Positions 14,257 to 27,612 of a stretch of DNA of 64,000 bases are shown here, in pieces. The stretch is from contig OZ024742.1 in NCBI GenBank assembly GCA_964016885.1, positions 340,256,001 to 340,320,000 on the forward strand, read 5' to 3'. The notes beneath the pieces are model-generated. The model was not told the DNA's origin and did not search any database. It saw only the letters and a list, made by a program, of their open reading frames with translations. How positions within the stretch are numbered: position 1 is the first letter of the stretch; each line of letters opens with the position of its first letter. Position numbers and translations under genes: made by a program. The DNA comes from Eledone cirrhosa (Eukaryota).

Positions 14257-15468
14257 GGAACCAGTAAGACCCCGACAGCTGAGCTCAAGCCGTTTCGACG
14301 GCTAATTCTGGACTAAATGAAAATTTATCCTGGTATTTAAATAGCCGATCTTCTCAAGGGGTAATTCCATATATGGTCAAAGCGATTGTCAAAAATCAGT
14401 AGTAATTCTGTGGTTGCAAATTAGTAGGGGAGATGGTGGCTAAACCTGCCAGTAGGAGAAAGAGGGGAGGGGGTGGAGTAGACCCAATCAAGCGTTGGTA
14501 GTGCCAGCTACAGCTGGGCATGAGGTCAAAGAAGATACAGGGGAGGGGGAGGGGGAGGAAGTCGGAACGGTAGGTAGAACAATGGGGGGTAGAAATATAT
14601 AGGAAAGAAAAAATACTGAGAGTGAAGAAAAGCAAATAAGTGTAAAGAAAAAAGTAAAGTAAATTCTACGACCTAGGTCTCTAGCTATTGTTAGGCTAGA
14701 ATAAATAAATAAATAAAGAAAGAAAGAAGTAAAGAAAGAAATAAAGAAATAACGAAATAAGTAAAAGAACTAGGTGGGACGGAATAGGCAAGGACCCTTT
14801 TAAGAGGTATAAGTACGTAAATGATACGGTGACGGGTCAACAAAAGGGGCCAAAATACTAAAGAGACTACCACGAAATAAACAATAAAGGTTTCCATCCC
14901 GGGCACAATGCCAGCAACCACCCAGTGCAGCAAAGTGAACTAGTACGAGATAATAATTCTGAGTCCCGAGAAAAATATATACTAATGCTAACTCTAAAAG
15001 ATCTAAAACAAGCTACATGAAAGTTCGTACGAAGTAAAGGTAGAATACGGAAAAATAAATTCAGAATCCACCCCGCCCAAAAGAAAAGCGAAGAAAGAAA
15101 TACTGAAACGAAAAAATAAGGCATAAGTGCCACTAAGAAATATAGAGGGCACAGAGAATATTGGGAGCGGTCGGAAAAAGGGGACAAGTATCCGGGGTCT
15201 AAACCAACTGCTATAAAGGGCGGAGTCCGCCAAATCTATCATAGACTAGGGGAGGGGGTGGGGGTACTAAGGCTACAAGGGGCCAAAGGGCAGCCTCGGG
15301 TGGGCGAGAAAAGACGCCGACAAAGGAGAAGAGCTGGGGTAGAAGGACTAGGGAGAGAGGGGGGGAAGGAAATAAAGGAAGCGATAAAAGAATACAAAGA
15401 AGATCTTACGTCTCCCTTGGCAAGCAGGGGTTACCCATTGCAAAATCGGCAAGTGGGGTGTTATAGCC

Positions 15469-17448
15469 CTAGTCTAACCCCCCCCCCGGGTCATTATGGG
15501 GTTTGAGGGCGAGGTAAGTCCTACGCAATCTATGTTTACATGCAGTAACCAGTTCATCTTTCTTGTTTAGGAGTTGGTCCGTCGAAAACAGCATTTGTAA
15601 AGTTTCCTCCGAGCATAAATTGCACGGACGGCGTCCTCCCGTGTAAGAATTGGCTCTGGACAGTAATCTCCAAGTGAGATCATAGGTGATGTTGTTGTCC
15701 TTGAGGTCCCATATGTGGCCCGAAAGTGTAGTGGCGTGACGCCGGGCCGGATTTCGGAAGGTATGTCTATGTTGGTATAGCCGGGTCTTGAAGTCACATG
15801 CGGTAAGTCCTATATAGGCTTTGTTGGAGGTATCCGTCCTCACGTTGCACTGGTAGATCACATTACGGTCTCTGCATCTATTGTCGAGTGGGCAAATTGA
15901 TCTATCCGGGCAGTTACACCTCCTGGTCGGTTCTCCACTGCTATTTAGGTTATTTCTGCCATCGGGGTTGAGTTTTTTGTTGTTAGAGGAGACGATGTTT
16001 TGTGCGAAGTTTGGTGTAGTGCTGTAAGAGAGTTTGATGGTATTTTTGTTAATTATGTTGTGGTAGCGGTGTTGTAATGGGAAGTGTTTTTCAATGAGCC
16101 TAAAGAATAGTTTCCCGATGGGAGTTGTCACCTCTGTGTTGTGGGGAGGATTGAACCATGTTACATGGCGTGAGCGGCGGTGTCTCCTGCTGGTTCCGCT
16201 AATGGGAGCTGGACAGTAGGATATTTCCTCCCGGAAACCACTCCGCTTGAGGGCCTGGTTGTAATAAGGCGCATGTTCATCGAATATCCGCTCATTAGCT
16301 GACAAACGGGATATGCGGAGGGAGATGTTTTTGACCAGGTTGTTTGTGATGTTCCTAGGATGGTTTGATCGGCGGTGGATGTAGTGCAGATTGTCATTAG
16401 GTTTCCTGTATGGGTAGTACAGGTCGTTTTCGAGGTCGAGGGTCACGTCCAGGAAGTTTACTCGGGTCAGGGACGTTTGTAGGGTTATTTTAAATCCTCA
16501 GTCGCGGAAGAATCTGATTAATTGTTTCCGGACCCGATCTGTACTACTGGGGTTGTACCCTTTAAGGGTAAGGAGCCCATCATCACGGTACAATCCACCA
16601 CCGAATGCAGGAAACATATCAGTGAGTTTGGCTATTAGGAATAATCCTATAAGATCTGTGACCTCCGCCGAATCCGTTGCGCCCATGCTGACGTCGAAGG
16701 GTGAGTCGGGAGCTCTTTTTATCCATTTAGAGTCGTCAAAGAGTAAGACTGTCTTCCTGGCGTGGAGGATGATTTTTCTTTCCTGGTCGGTGATGGGCAC
16801 AAGTGTTTCGGCGAAGTCCAAGGCGGCAGTAAGTAGCGGTAAAGTGATTGAAGCATAGTAGCTCTCTATGTCGAACTGTATGAATTTAGTTTCTCGTTTA
16901 TCCTCCATATTGCTGAACCAGGAGATTACTTCCTGGGTGTTGATCCATACGCTAAGTCGGGTGTGTTGCTTGACTTTTGGTATCACGCGGTCTAGGATTT
17001 TTTTGCTGATTCTCGCTATGTCGGACTTCGTTGGGTTAATAAGCCCGATAGAGGGTTTACGGTCAAAATCGGATTTATGGTCCTTCAGTGTGAAGTATGG
17101 TGTCCGTGGGTCTAGAGGTTCCGTGCGGTCGGCGACCCCGAGGCTGAAGGTAATTTGTTGTCCATCTCGATTTATGTCCTCGATGCAAGAGTGGTTGGCC
17201 TTTTTATAGGTGGAGTTTAGGCTGCTCCTGATCAGTGTGTGGTATCTGTCAGGGTTGACAAAGTATAGGTTCCCAGTTTTATCCGAATGCACCATGATGT
17301 CATTTGTGTTATCATACTCTGTTAAGTTGCTACGGAGTTTTTGTAGGAATCGGTTGTGTCTGGGTTTAAATTTAATGTTCTTGACCAGTTGGAAGAGGTC
17401 ATTCTCGAAGGGTGCGAGCAAGGGGTTCAGGGGCGGAGATTTGTAGGT
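15469..17448 (-). CDS. PLE reverse transcriptase-thumb-CxC-GIY-YIG polyprotein, 5'-truncated, with a single in-frame TGA at 16498-16500
   Basis: DKTGN, LKDHK, FDIESYY, SMGATDSAE, YRDDGL, NFLDVTLD, YRKP, SNHP, WFNPP, CNC, YIGLT, CNLC..E, LNKKDE..CKH. The two ORF-track pieces are in the same frame (FRD*GFKITLQTSLTRVNFLDV). Confidence 0.9.
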
Positions 17449-18163
17449 AATAGGGTGGATTCTGAATTTATTTTTCCGTATTCTACCTTTACTTCGTACG
17501 AACTTTCATGTAGCTTGTTTTAGATCTTTTAGAGTTAGCATTAGTATATATTTTTCTCGGGACTCAGAATTATTATCTCGTACTAGTTCACTTTGCTGCA
17601 CTGGGTGGTTGCTGGCATTGTGCCCGGGATGGAAACCTTTATTGTTTATTTCGTGGTAGTCTCTTTAGTATTTTGGCCCCTTTTGTTGACCCGTCACCGT
17701 ATCATTTACGTACTTATACCTCTTAAAAGGGTCCTTGCCTATTCCGTCCCACCTAGTTCTTTTACTTATTTCGTTATTTCTTTATTTCTTTCTTTACTTC
17801 TTTCTTTCTTTATTTATTTATTTATTCTAGCCTAACAATAGCTAGAGACCTAGGTCGTAGAATTTACTTTACTTTTTTCTTTACACTTATTTGCTTTTCT
17901 TCACTCTCAGTATTTTTTCTTTCCTATATATTTCTACCCCCCATTGTTCTACCTACCGTTCCGACTTCCTCCCCCTCCCCCTCCCCTGTATCTTCTTTGA
18001 CCTCATGCCCAGCTGTAGCTGGCACTACCAACGCTTGATTGGGTCTACTCCACCCCCTCCCCTCTTTCTCCTACTGGCAGGTTTAGCCACCATCTCCCCT
18101 ACTAATTTGCAACCACAGAATTACTACTGATTTTTGACAATCACTTTGACCATATATGGAATT

Positions 18164-18257
18164 ACCCCTTGAGAAGATCGGCTATTTAAATACCAGGATA
18201 AATTTTCATTTAGTCCAGAATTAGCCGTCGAAACGGCTTGAGCTCAGCTGTCGGGGT
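18164..18257 (+). ncRNA. Type I hammerhead ribozyme, U3-A8 core variant (mirror on - strand at 14269-14362)
   Basis: acccc-TTGAGAA-ga(t)cggcta...tagccgtc-GAAA-cggc ttgagctca gctg-TC-ggggt. Confidence 0.72.
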
Positions 18258-18348
18258 CTTACTGGTTCCTATTACCCACTCTACTACCTCAAGTATTGAG
18301 TACTTTGGTGCGTTATGGTCCACCTGGTTCCTTACAACATTTCCTTCG

Positions 18349-18413
<65 letters not shown>

Positions 18414-18545
18414 CACGTATATATGTGTGTGTATATGCATAAATTAATATATATACGCAGATATGCATGCATATATGTATGTGTGTAGGTATGTATATAT
18501 CTCAGCAGTGGCTCTATTCAAATTATTGGAAGTTACTGACCAACT

Positions 18546-18998
18546 TACCACCACCATCACCACCACAACCTCCACCACCACCACCACCACCACCACCACC
18601 ACAACCACCACTATCACCACCACCACAACCACCACCATAACCACCACCGCCACCTTAACCACCACTATCACCACCACAGCAACCACCACCACCACTACAA
18701 CCACCACTGCCACAACCAACACCACCACGACAGCCACGACCACCATCACCACCACCACCACCACCACCACCACCACAACCACCACCTTAACCACCACTAT
18801 CACCACCACTACAACCACCACCACTATTACAACCACCATCGCCACAACCACCACCACCACTACCACCATAAAGACCTCCAACACCACCACCACCATAACC
18901 ACCACCACGCCTGCCACCACCACCACTACCACTACCGCCACCACGCCAACCACCGTAACCACCACGACCACTACCCCCCCCACTACCTCTTCCCCCAC
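18546..18998. repeat. (ACC)n microsatellite
   Basis: Direct inspection. Confidence 0.95.
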
Positions 18999-19452
18999 CT
19001 GAAATCTCCCTTTCACCCTGTGATGTTTCAGATGCCCACATTACCGATTATATCATTTTAGCGTTCCAGCCGCCCCCAAAATTCCTTCTTTTGTTGTGTG
19101 AACCGTAAAAATGGCTACCCTTTGCCAACTTTTGTCTAAGAGTAGAGGTGAGAGTGGGTTCGTGCTTTATAATAACCTTTGGCTGCATCACAACTACCAC
19201 AAAAACCACCATGCCACCACCTTTAGACTGCTCTCTACGCATATCATCATTTCATGGCATATATATATATACACATGTATATATATATATGTGTGTGTGT
19301 GTACATATATATATATATATATAAATATATGTATATATATATATAAATATATATATATACATATATTATATTTATATACAACATCACACGTATACCTACC
19401 TATTTATATGTGTATATGCAAACGAGTAAGTATATATGTATATATATGTATA

Positions 19453-19634
<182 letters not shown>

Positions 19635-19684
19635 AAATATATATAAATGTATATTTGTAGACATGCTTACATATATCGTGTACG

Positions 19685-19731
<47 letters not shown>

Positions 19732-19838
19732 ATATACGTAAGGACGCATATTTATACATTATTCATATATATATACACCTATACTACCGGACACATATAC
19801 ATATGTTCAAACACAAGCACACAAAAACATACACATAC

Positions 19839-19874
<36 letters not shown>

Positions 19875-20114
19875 CAGGAATATATTCATAAGTGTATAAA
19901 AGCCACAGTAAAATGAATATTATTAACGTCCCTTTACAACACAACAGTTCGTGTTATTACTTTTGTTGTTCGTCTACGTATTCCGCCATTTTACCTCCCA
20001 CCAGCGCACCATTCCGCCATTGCAAAACTCTGGCAAATCTGACAGTAAATGTAAATACAGATATATGTATTTCTTCATCTATTCAGCGGTACTTACAAAA
20101 GGAACCTATAATAC

Positions 20115-20501
20115 ACAACAATGACAACAACAACAGCATCCATAATAGTAATAATAACAACAATAATAGTGATAATAATAATAATGATGGCAATAATGAG
20201 TTGTTTTGTTTGCCAGAGGGTCAGAAGATAAAGGAGACATTACTGAGATTATATGAAATAATGATAATAATAACAGGAAGAAGAATATCAATCACAATAA
20301 CAATAGCAATAATAGAGGCAACAACAACAACAGTAACAATAACACTACAACAGCAACAACGACTACAACAGCAGCAGTAGCAACAACGACTACAACAGCA
20401 GCAACAACGACAACAACAACAGCAACAACAAGAACAGCAAAAGCAACAACATCACCACAAACACAACAGCAAAAATACCAACAACAACAATACAACCACA
20501 G

Positions 20502-20532
<31 letters not shown>

Positions 20533-20662
20533 AACAACAACACAACAGCAGCATCAACAATAACAACAGTAACAACAATACCACAACCACACCAACAACA
20601 GCAGTAGCAGCAACAACAACAAGAACAACAGCAGCAACAATAACAACAGTAACAACAGCAGC

Positions 20663-20741
<79 letters not shown>

Positions 20742-21078
20742 GCAACAACAATAACAACAACAACAACAACAATAACATCAACAACAACAATAACAACAAC
20801 AACATCAAAAATGGTGACGATAAGGAGGACCACCATCACCACAACCTTCGCATCCACCACCACCACCACCACCACCACCACCATCACCACAACATTCGCC
20901 GCCACCACCACCACCATCACTACCACCACCACCATCACCACCACCACCACCACTACCACCACCACTACCACCACCACCACCACCACTACTACCACCACTA
21001 CCACCACCACCACCACCACCACCACCACCATCACTACCACCACCACTACCACCACAATAACAACAACAGTAGCAACAA
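20115..21078. repeat. (AAC)n and (ACC)n microsatellite block
   Basis: Direct inspection. Confidence 0.9.
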
Positions 21079-21441
21079 TGAGATATAATGGTGAATAGTT
21101 TAGAGGCGACACCAAATCTCATAAAATGAAAGGTGGCAGGTTTGGGAAATTTTCAATATGGCGGCCGTTCTTTCGTTACAGAGAGAGAGGGTGAGAGAGA
21201 GGGGGGAGAGAGAAAGAGAGAAAGAGAGAGAGAGAGAGTTTCTTCAAGGGAAAGAATGGCATATAAAGCTTGATAGTATTCCACATGTGTGTGTGTGTTT
21301 CTGTGTGGTCGGGCGTATGTATGTGTTTAGTGTTTAGTGTTAGTATGTATGTGCGTGTGTGTGCGTGTGTCTGTATTATTGTATGTGCGTCTGTGTTTGT
21401 GAAAGTATGTCATCATATGCGGACGTGTTATAGTGCGTATT

Positions 21442-21495
<54 letters not shown>

Positions 21496-22540
21496 GTGTG
21501 TGTGTGTGTGCGTATAGTGAAAGAGAGAGTAAGATGAATAAATAAATAAATATATATATGTGGGTGTGTGTGCGCCTGTTTGTGCATGCGTGTGTGTGTG
21601 TGTGTGTACATGTGTGTATAGTATGTGTGTGCCTGTGTGTATGTGTGTGTGCCTGTATGTGTGTATGTGTATGTGTGTGTGTGTGCCTGTATGTGTGTAT
21701 GCGTTTGCCTGTGTGTGTGTATGTATGTGTGTGTTTGTGTGTGTGCCTGTGTGCGTGTATGTGTGTGAGCGTCTTTGTGTGTGTGTGTGTGTGTGTATGT
21801 GTGCCTGTATGTGTGTACGTATTTGTGTGTGTGTGTGTATATGTGTGCCTATGTGTGTGTATGTGTGTGTTCCTCCTTTCAAATAAGAGACTTTCTTCTA
21901 CCACAACCGACTCAAACAATCGCCATAATACCTCCAGATCAATTTTATTGTATGCTGGAAACAAGATTCTGAACTGTGGCATTCTGTATTGTTAAACAGA
22001 GAATAATAATAAGAAGGTTGATATTAACAGCAATAATAACAACATCAACAATATTTATGACAACTATAGCTGCAGTAACTACGGCTACAAACACGGCTGT
22101 AGTAATAATAATGATGATGATGGTCTTTTTATTTGCCACAAGGGCACACAACGAGAACGAGAGGCAATACGAGACTACGAAGATGAAACAACAAAACATA
22201 CAAAGTAGGTGATTAAATTTCAAGTAGAAGGATACACACACGCACACACACATACATATACACACACACACACATACATATATATACACACACACACACA
22301 TACACGTGCGCACACACACACTCACATATATATATATTATATAAACGCGCACACACATACACAAACATACACATACATATATGTATATATCATATGTATA
22401 TTTTATGTGTACATACATACATCCCCCACCTATATATATATATATATATATATATGTTTATATATATATATATATAAACATATATATATGTATATACATA
22501 AACATGTACATTCATATATATATATATACATATATATATG

Positions 22541-22589
<49 letters not shown>

Positions 22590-22591
<2 letters not shown>

Positions 22592-23520
22592 TAGCAGTAG
22601 TACCCAGCGTTGCCTGGGTAGGTAAAATAATATCTGCTTTGATGAAAAGGTGTTGATCTTAGCGACTGCTTCTCGATGACTCATCTATGGCCACACACAG
22701 GCCATGCGGGGGAGGGTGGTGAAGACCTCTATCACTGAGAAACGCGGGTGACTGACGAAAGGGCATGGTGGGGGATGGAGGTAATGACCTCTAACACTAA
22801 GCGAAATTTCCTTACGCTACTTGATTGGAAACCGATGAATTCTCAAATACACAACTAAAAGCTCAGACGACGTCAGTGGCCGTCGTTTTGTCTTTGACCA
22901 TCTATAAGATGTGCAATGATAGGTTCTATCGTAGTATAAAAGTTGAACCAAATAAATTGCTTTGTGTGTGAGGTGGAGCCGAAGTTTCGAATTTGAACGA
23001 AATCAGTTGAAAAATGTGGGAGCTAGCACCGAAAAGGCGGAAATTTGAGCGAACAGGTGGTATTTTCGAATATTTAAGCGGTTGCCACGCCGTTCCTGAA
23101 CAAAAAATCTAAAATGTAAAGCCATTTTAAGACGTGAAATAATCAGATCTAGCGAAGTGTAACATTTGAACAAAGTAAGTTGATTAATTTAGGAGCTAAT
23201 ACCGAAATAGTGGAAATTTGAGTCTAAAAGTGGTATTTTTTAATATTTAAGCGGCTGCTACGCCGTCCCTGAACAACAAATGCAAAATATAAAGCGATTA
23301 CAGGATGTGCAATGATAAATTCTATTTTGCTTTAAAATTTGAACGACATCGGTGGCAAAATGTGGGATCTGGATACAAAAATCTTATTTTTCGATACCTA
23401 ATGATATATAGAAAACACTCCCCGATGACTAATCTATGAGCCTGTAAAGTTTCATGAAAATCGGTCGTAAGTTGTAGGCCCCTATAGGTAATGCACAGAC
23501 ACTCAGACACACACACATAC

Positions 23521-23530
<10 letters not shown>
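22590..23530 (+). mobile_element. Non-autonomous Helitron/Helentron-like element in (TA)n
   Basis: Starts ACTAG then hairpin TACCCAGCGTTGCCTGGGTA; internal ~180-bp direct repeats (~23020-23150, ~23200-23320); CAGACA-rich end. A related terminus lies on the - strand at ~29358-29390. Confidence 0.55.
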
Positions 23531-23570
<40 letters not shown>

Positions 23571-23576
<6 letters not shown>

Positions 23577-25668
23577 ATACTTTGGGAGGGTCATGTTGCC
23601 AATAAGAAACACACGCACCAGATGCTTTCACTTCAATTTATTATAATACATTTATAAATTTAGGAATTTATAAATTTCCGGTTGGTTGGTTCCACAACCA
23701 GTTAGTTGTTTATATATTGACAAAGTTCTTTCGTCACACATTCTGTGACCTCTTCAGTGACTGGGGATTCTTTTCTTTGTTTTTGTGCTTCTCCCTTGTT
23801 CTGTCCTACGCCATCTTGTTTCTGTGCGCGTGTTGTGTGCTCAGTCTGCGCATGCGCCACATCCGGGTGTCTGTTTGTGTTTATATTCGTTTATTTATTT
23901 GTTTATTTACATGTTACTGGTTGGTTGTTTGTTCTATGTGCGTGTGTGTTTTCATTTTGTTCTTAATTGTAAGTTGTGATGTTGCTGTTCCACTCATGTT
24001 TTCTATTTAATTTTGGTTGTAAATTTGGTTGTAAACTTAAAGAACAATTAGAAGACCCCTAAAACCTGATAATGTACTCCAGCTACGTTGATGATATAAA
24101 CATCGTAGTTAAAGCACCCCCACTAGAGAACAGTCAGGAATTACAGAAAAACACAATGGAAAGCATCCAGCAAATAGCTATCTCCATCCACCAGAGTATT
24201 AGTGTTACTATAGACTACCCAAGCAAACACCCCAACCATCGATACCTGTACTAGACACAGAGCTCTGGTTAGATACCATTAATAACAAAAAACAAATCCT
24301 CCATTCCCATTATGCCAAACCCATGACATCCAAATATCTGATCCACCGAAACTCAGCTGTTTCGGACCATACCAAAATCAACATACTGATTGCGGATTTG
24401 GTACGGGTGATGAGAAACGTGTCCCGCATGTGCAACCCCGAAGAACTAGAGAGACACATACAACACTTCATCCACCGTATGCAGTTCTCTGGTTACAATC
24501 AGAGAGATAAAATCAGAGTGTATAGAGGAGCCAGAACCAAATGGGAAAAAATGGTAAATAATGACACAAATAGGACCTGCCCCTTGTATTGGAGCAAATT
24601 TTGGAATAGAATGGAAAGAACTAGGAATAAGGCTAATAGAATAAACTCATGGTATGATAGCAATAAATACCAGAGTGTAATGTTCATCGATACAACCCCT
24701 AGAGGTGAATTAGCTTACAAATTTAGAAGGGCCCTAGATAAACATAAACTCAATATTAAGATAGTAGAAAGACCAGATACCTCTATAAAAACACTTATTA
24801 GCAAGACATACCCTTTTCAAAGACCTCCCTGTATAGATAAGAAATGTATAATCTGTAAACTAAGCCCCCCCCCCCCATATTAACTGTCAAACTAGAAATG
24901 TAGTATATAGCATAAGATGTACTGAAGGACAATGTAGTGATAAGAATATAGTGTACATAGGTGAGACAGCTCGTAGTATAGGAGAACGGATAAATGAAGA
25001 CTGGCGAGACCTTCAAGATAGTAAAGAATCATCTGTACTCTACCAACATGCTAAAATAGAACATAAGGGTAAATTAGAGGACATAGAAATAAAAATAGAA
25101 TCTACACACAGAAAAGACGCAATGTTTAGACAAATCACAGAGGCAATAAACATAAAAGAATTACAACCAAAATTAAATAGAAAACATGAGTGGAACAGCA
25201 ACATCACAACTTACAATTAAGGACAAAATGAAAACACACACCCACATAGAACAAACAACCAACCAGTAACATGTAAATAAACAAATAAATAAACGAATAT
25301 AAACACACACAGACACCCAGATGTGGCGCATGCGCAGACTGAGCACACAACACACACACAGAAACAAGATGGCGTAGGACAGAACAAAGGAGAGGCACAA
25401 AAACAAAGAAAAGAATCCCCAGTCACTGAAGAAGTCACAGAATGTGTGACGAAAGAACTTTGTCAATATATAAACAACCATCTGGTTGTGGAACCAACCA
25501 ACCGGAAATTTATAAATTCCTAAATTTATAAATGTATTATAATAAATTGAAGTGAAAGCAACTGGTGCGTGTGTTTCTTATTGGCAACATGACCCTCCCA
25601 AAGTATAACAATATCGGTTTCAACACACGTTTTCAGATAAAGAATCTTGCTAAACAAATTCAGAAACG

Positions 25669-25670
<2 letters not shown>
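23571..25670 (+). mobile_element. 5'-truncated PLE (YVDD RT, Cys-knuckle linker, GIY-YIG) with inverted arms 23571-24022/25161-25612 in (TA)n
   Basis: ~450-bp inverted repeat; coding remnants; HHR-like motif at 25422-25464. Confidence 0.88.
24035..25220 (+). pseudogene. Frameshifted PLE RT C-terminus/thumb and GIY-YIG endonuclease
   Basis: YVDDINI, YAKPMTS..IHRNSA...LVRVMRN, CIDKKCIIC, YIGETARSIGERINE...H...H...RQITEAINI..LNRKHEW. Confidence 0.85.
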
Positions 25671-25721
<51 letters not shown>

Positions 25722-25726
<5 letters not shown>

Positions 25727-26363
25727 AAAAAAGATGAAATCGAAAATGCAACTGGAGTCTTTATTTTTTTAAATATATATTTATTTGGTTCCTTTACCGT
25801 TTTCGCAGTCCTTCTGCTTTTCAAAAGCAGAATTGAGATGGAGGGTCTGTGGTTTTTCTCACATCTGGTTGGTCTTTGAATGTTACTTCTGTTTTATATG
25901 GAAAAAAGTCGCTCGAAATGCCAGGTTTTTAAGAGAAGTAATTTGGTTGGTTGGTGAATAAGTATAATAAATTTCGCGCCAGTTTGCGTTACAAAGTTCT
26001 TCAAACAAAGAGGGAGGGGGCTCAGTTTGTTTTTTCATATATGAGTGAAGTTTGGTTGGTTGATGCAGTCACGTGAATAAGCACATCAGCTTTCGCGCCA
26101 GGTATGTCCAATATTCTATCATATATCTCAACACACAACCCAAGAAATGTGGAAGCTTACAACATTATTCACAAGAACATCCCACTATTGAAACAAGACC
26201 CAAGAATGAAAAAAGCCCTTGAAACACACAAAATAATCAAAAGCCAAAGACAACCGAAATCACTAAAAACATTACTCATCAATGCCAAATAATCTTTTTT
26301 CCTTATACTTTCACTCGTGTAGGACACCTTGGTTATTTTTCATTTTGTAAAAAAAAACCTCAC

Positions 26364-26370
<7 letters not shown>
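25722..26370. mobile_element. Rearranged Neptune-like PLE remnant in (TA)n
   Basis: STHNP...IPLLKQDPRM...SQRQPKSLKTLL linker at 26104-26292; short terminal inverted match AAGGAAAAAAGAT/ATCTTTTTTCCTT; HHR on - strand. Confidence 0.65.
25791..25827 (-). ncRNA. Minimal hammerhead, U3-A8 variant
   Basis: Minus strand: ctt-TTGAAAA-gcag aagga ctgc-GAAA-acgg-TA-aag. Confidence 0.55.
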
Positions 26371-26413
<43 letters not shown>

Positions 26414-26530
26414 TAAACACACACACACGCGCGCGCGCACACACACACGCGCGCGCGCACACACACACATATATATATAAAACATATATATGTATATACT
26501 TAAATATGTACATTCATACATATACGTACA

Positions 26531-26631
<101 letters not shown>

Positions 26632-26639
26632 TAGATATT

Positions 26640-26674
<35 letters not shown>

Positions 26675-26682
26675 ATAGAGAG

Positions 26683-27574
26683 AGAATTAGTATATCTACC
26701 AACATATGTATACAGATGTACACCCATGCTAGCAAATATATATATTATGTCTTAGTACCTTTGTGGTTCTATGTAGGGGGATGAAGAACAAATATATGAA
26801 AGACGTAAAATAAGAAAATTAAAAAAATTAAAAGTTAACTTACTAAAATTTTCACTCCAACTAATTAGTTTCTGTAAGGGAATAAATATAGTTACGTAAC
26901 ATAACTATAGAGAAGTCCTTACGTCATCGGGGAGTCTGTTCCCAGGCAATGCGCGGACACTAGGAACCCATATAAAAATAATAAATTTTAGTAAGTACGT
27001 TATTTTTAATTTTTTAAATTTTCTTATTTTACGTCTTTCATATAATTGTTCTGCATCACCCTGCATAGAACCACAAAGGTACTAAGACATAACATATATA
27101 TTTGCTTGCATGGGTGTACATCTGTATACATATGTTGGTAGATATACTAATTCTCTATATTTATCTCCAAATTATTTGTTGAGTAAAACTTGCCAAAATT
27201 TACTGCTGTGATTCATGGTAGTAGTAGGCTCTTGTCATAATACCACCCCACTCCTCACTGATTAACCTCAGTGTCACGTGATTGATTCTTTAGAATTTGC
27301 CACTGACCCAGTAGTCAGTGAATTTTTTCAGTGCTTTGGAATTTAGTCCCCGCTAGCTTTGTTCCATCCACTGAATTATTATTTTTATATGGGTTCCTAG
27401 TGTCCGCGCATTGCCTGGGAACTTAGTTGAGAATAGACTCCCTGATGACGTAAGGACTTCTCTATAGTTATGTTACGTAACTATATTTATTCCCTTACAG
27501 AAACTAATTAGTTGGAGTGAAAATTTTAGTAAGTAAGTTAATTTTTAATTTTTAAAATTTTCTTATTTTACGTC

Positions 27575-27580
<6 letters not shown>
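26683..27580 (+). mobile_element. ORF-less HHR element family F (retrozyme-like): inverted arm 26683-26982 plus ~540-nt tandem unit
   Basis: 26983-27042 recurs at 27522-27580; HHRs on both strands; (TA)n flanks. Confidence 0.8.
27437..27518 (+). ncRNA. Type I hammerhead ribozyme (family F)
   Basis: actcc-CTGATGA-cgtaagg...ccttaca-GAAA-ctaattag-TT-ggagt. Confidence 0.85.

Positions 27581-27612
<32 letters not shown>

Larger units (their letters stand above)
14257..18350 (-). mobile_element. Young Penelope-like element (C-terminal EN, YRDD RT, CxC linker; tentatively Hydra-like clade) with 817-bp inverted pseudo-LTRs in (TA)n
   Basis: Arms 14257-15073/17453-18269 are essentially identical (1 mismatch seen); ~80-nt extension 18270-18350; RT+EN ORF on - strand. 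Confidence 0.92.

Noticed and set aside
14396-14933. Duplicated 79/80-aa ORFs (also 17593-18130)
   Set aside because: Incidental ORFs in the pyrimidine-rich PLE 3' UTR, duplicated only because of the inverted pseudo-LTR
14257-18269. DNA transposon with long terminal inverted repeats
   Set aside because: Encodes RT and GIY-YIG rather than a transposase; arms are asymmetric copies of the 3' UTR
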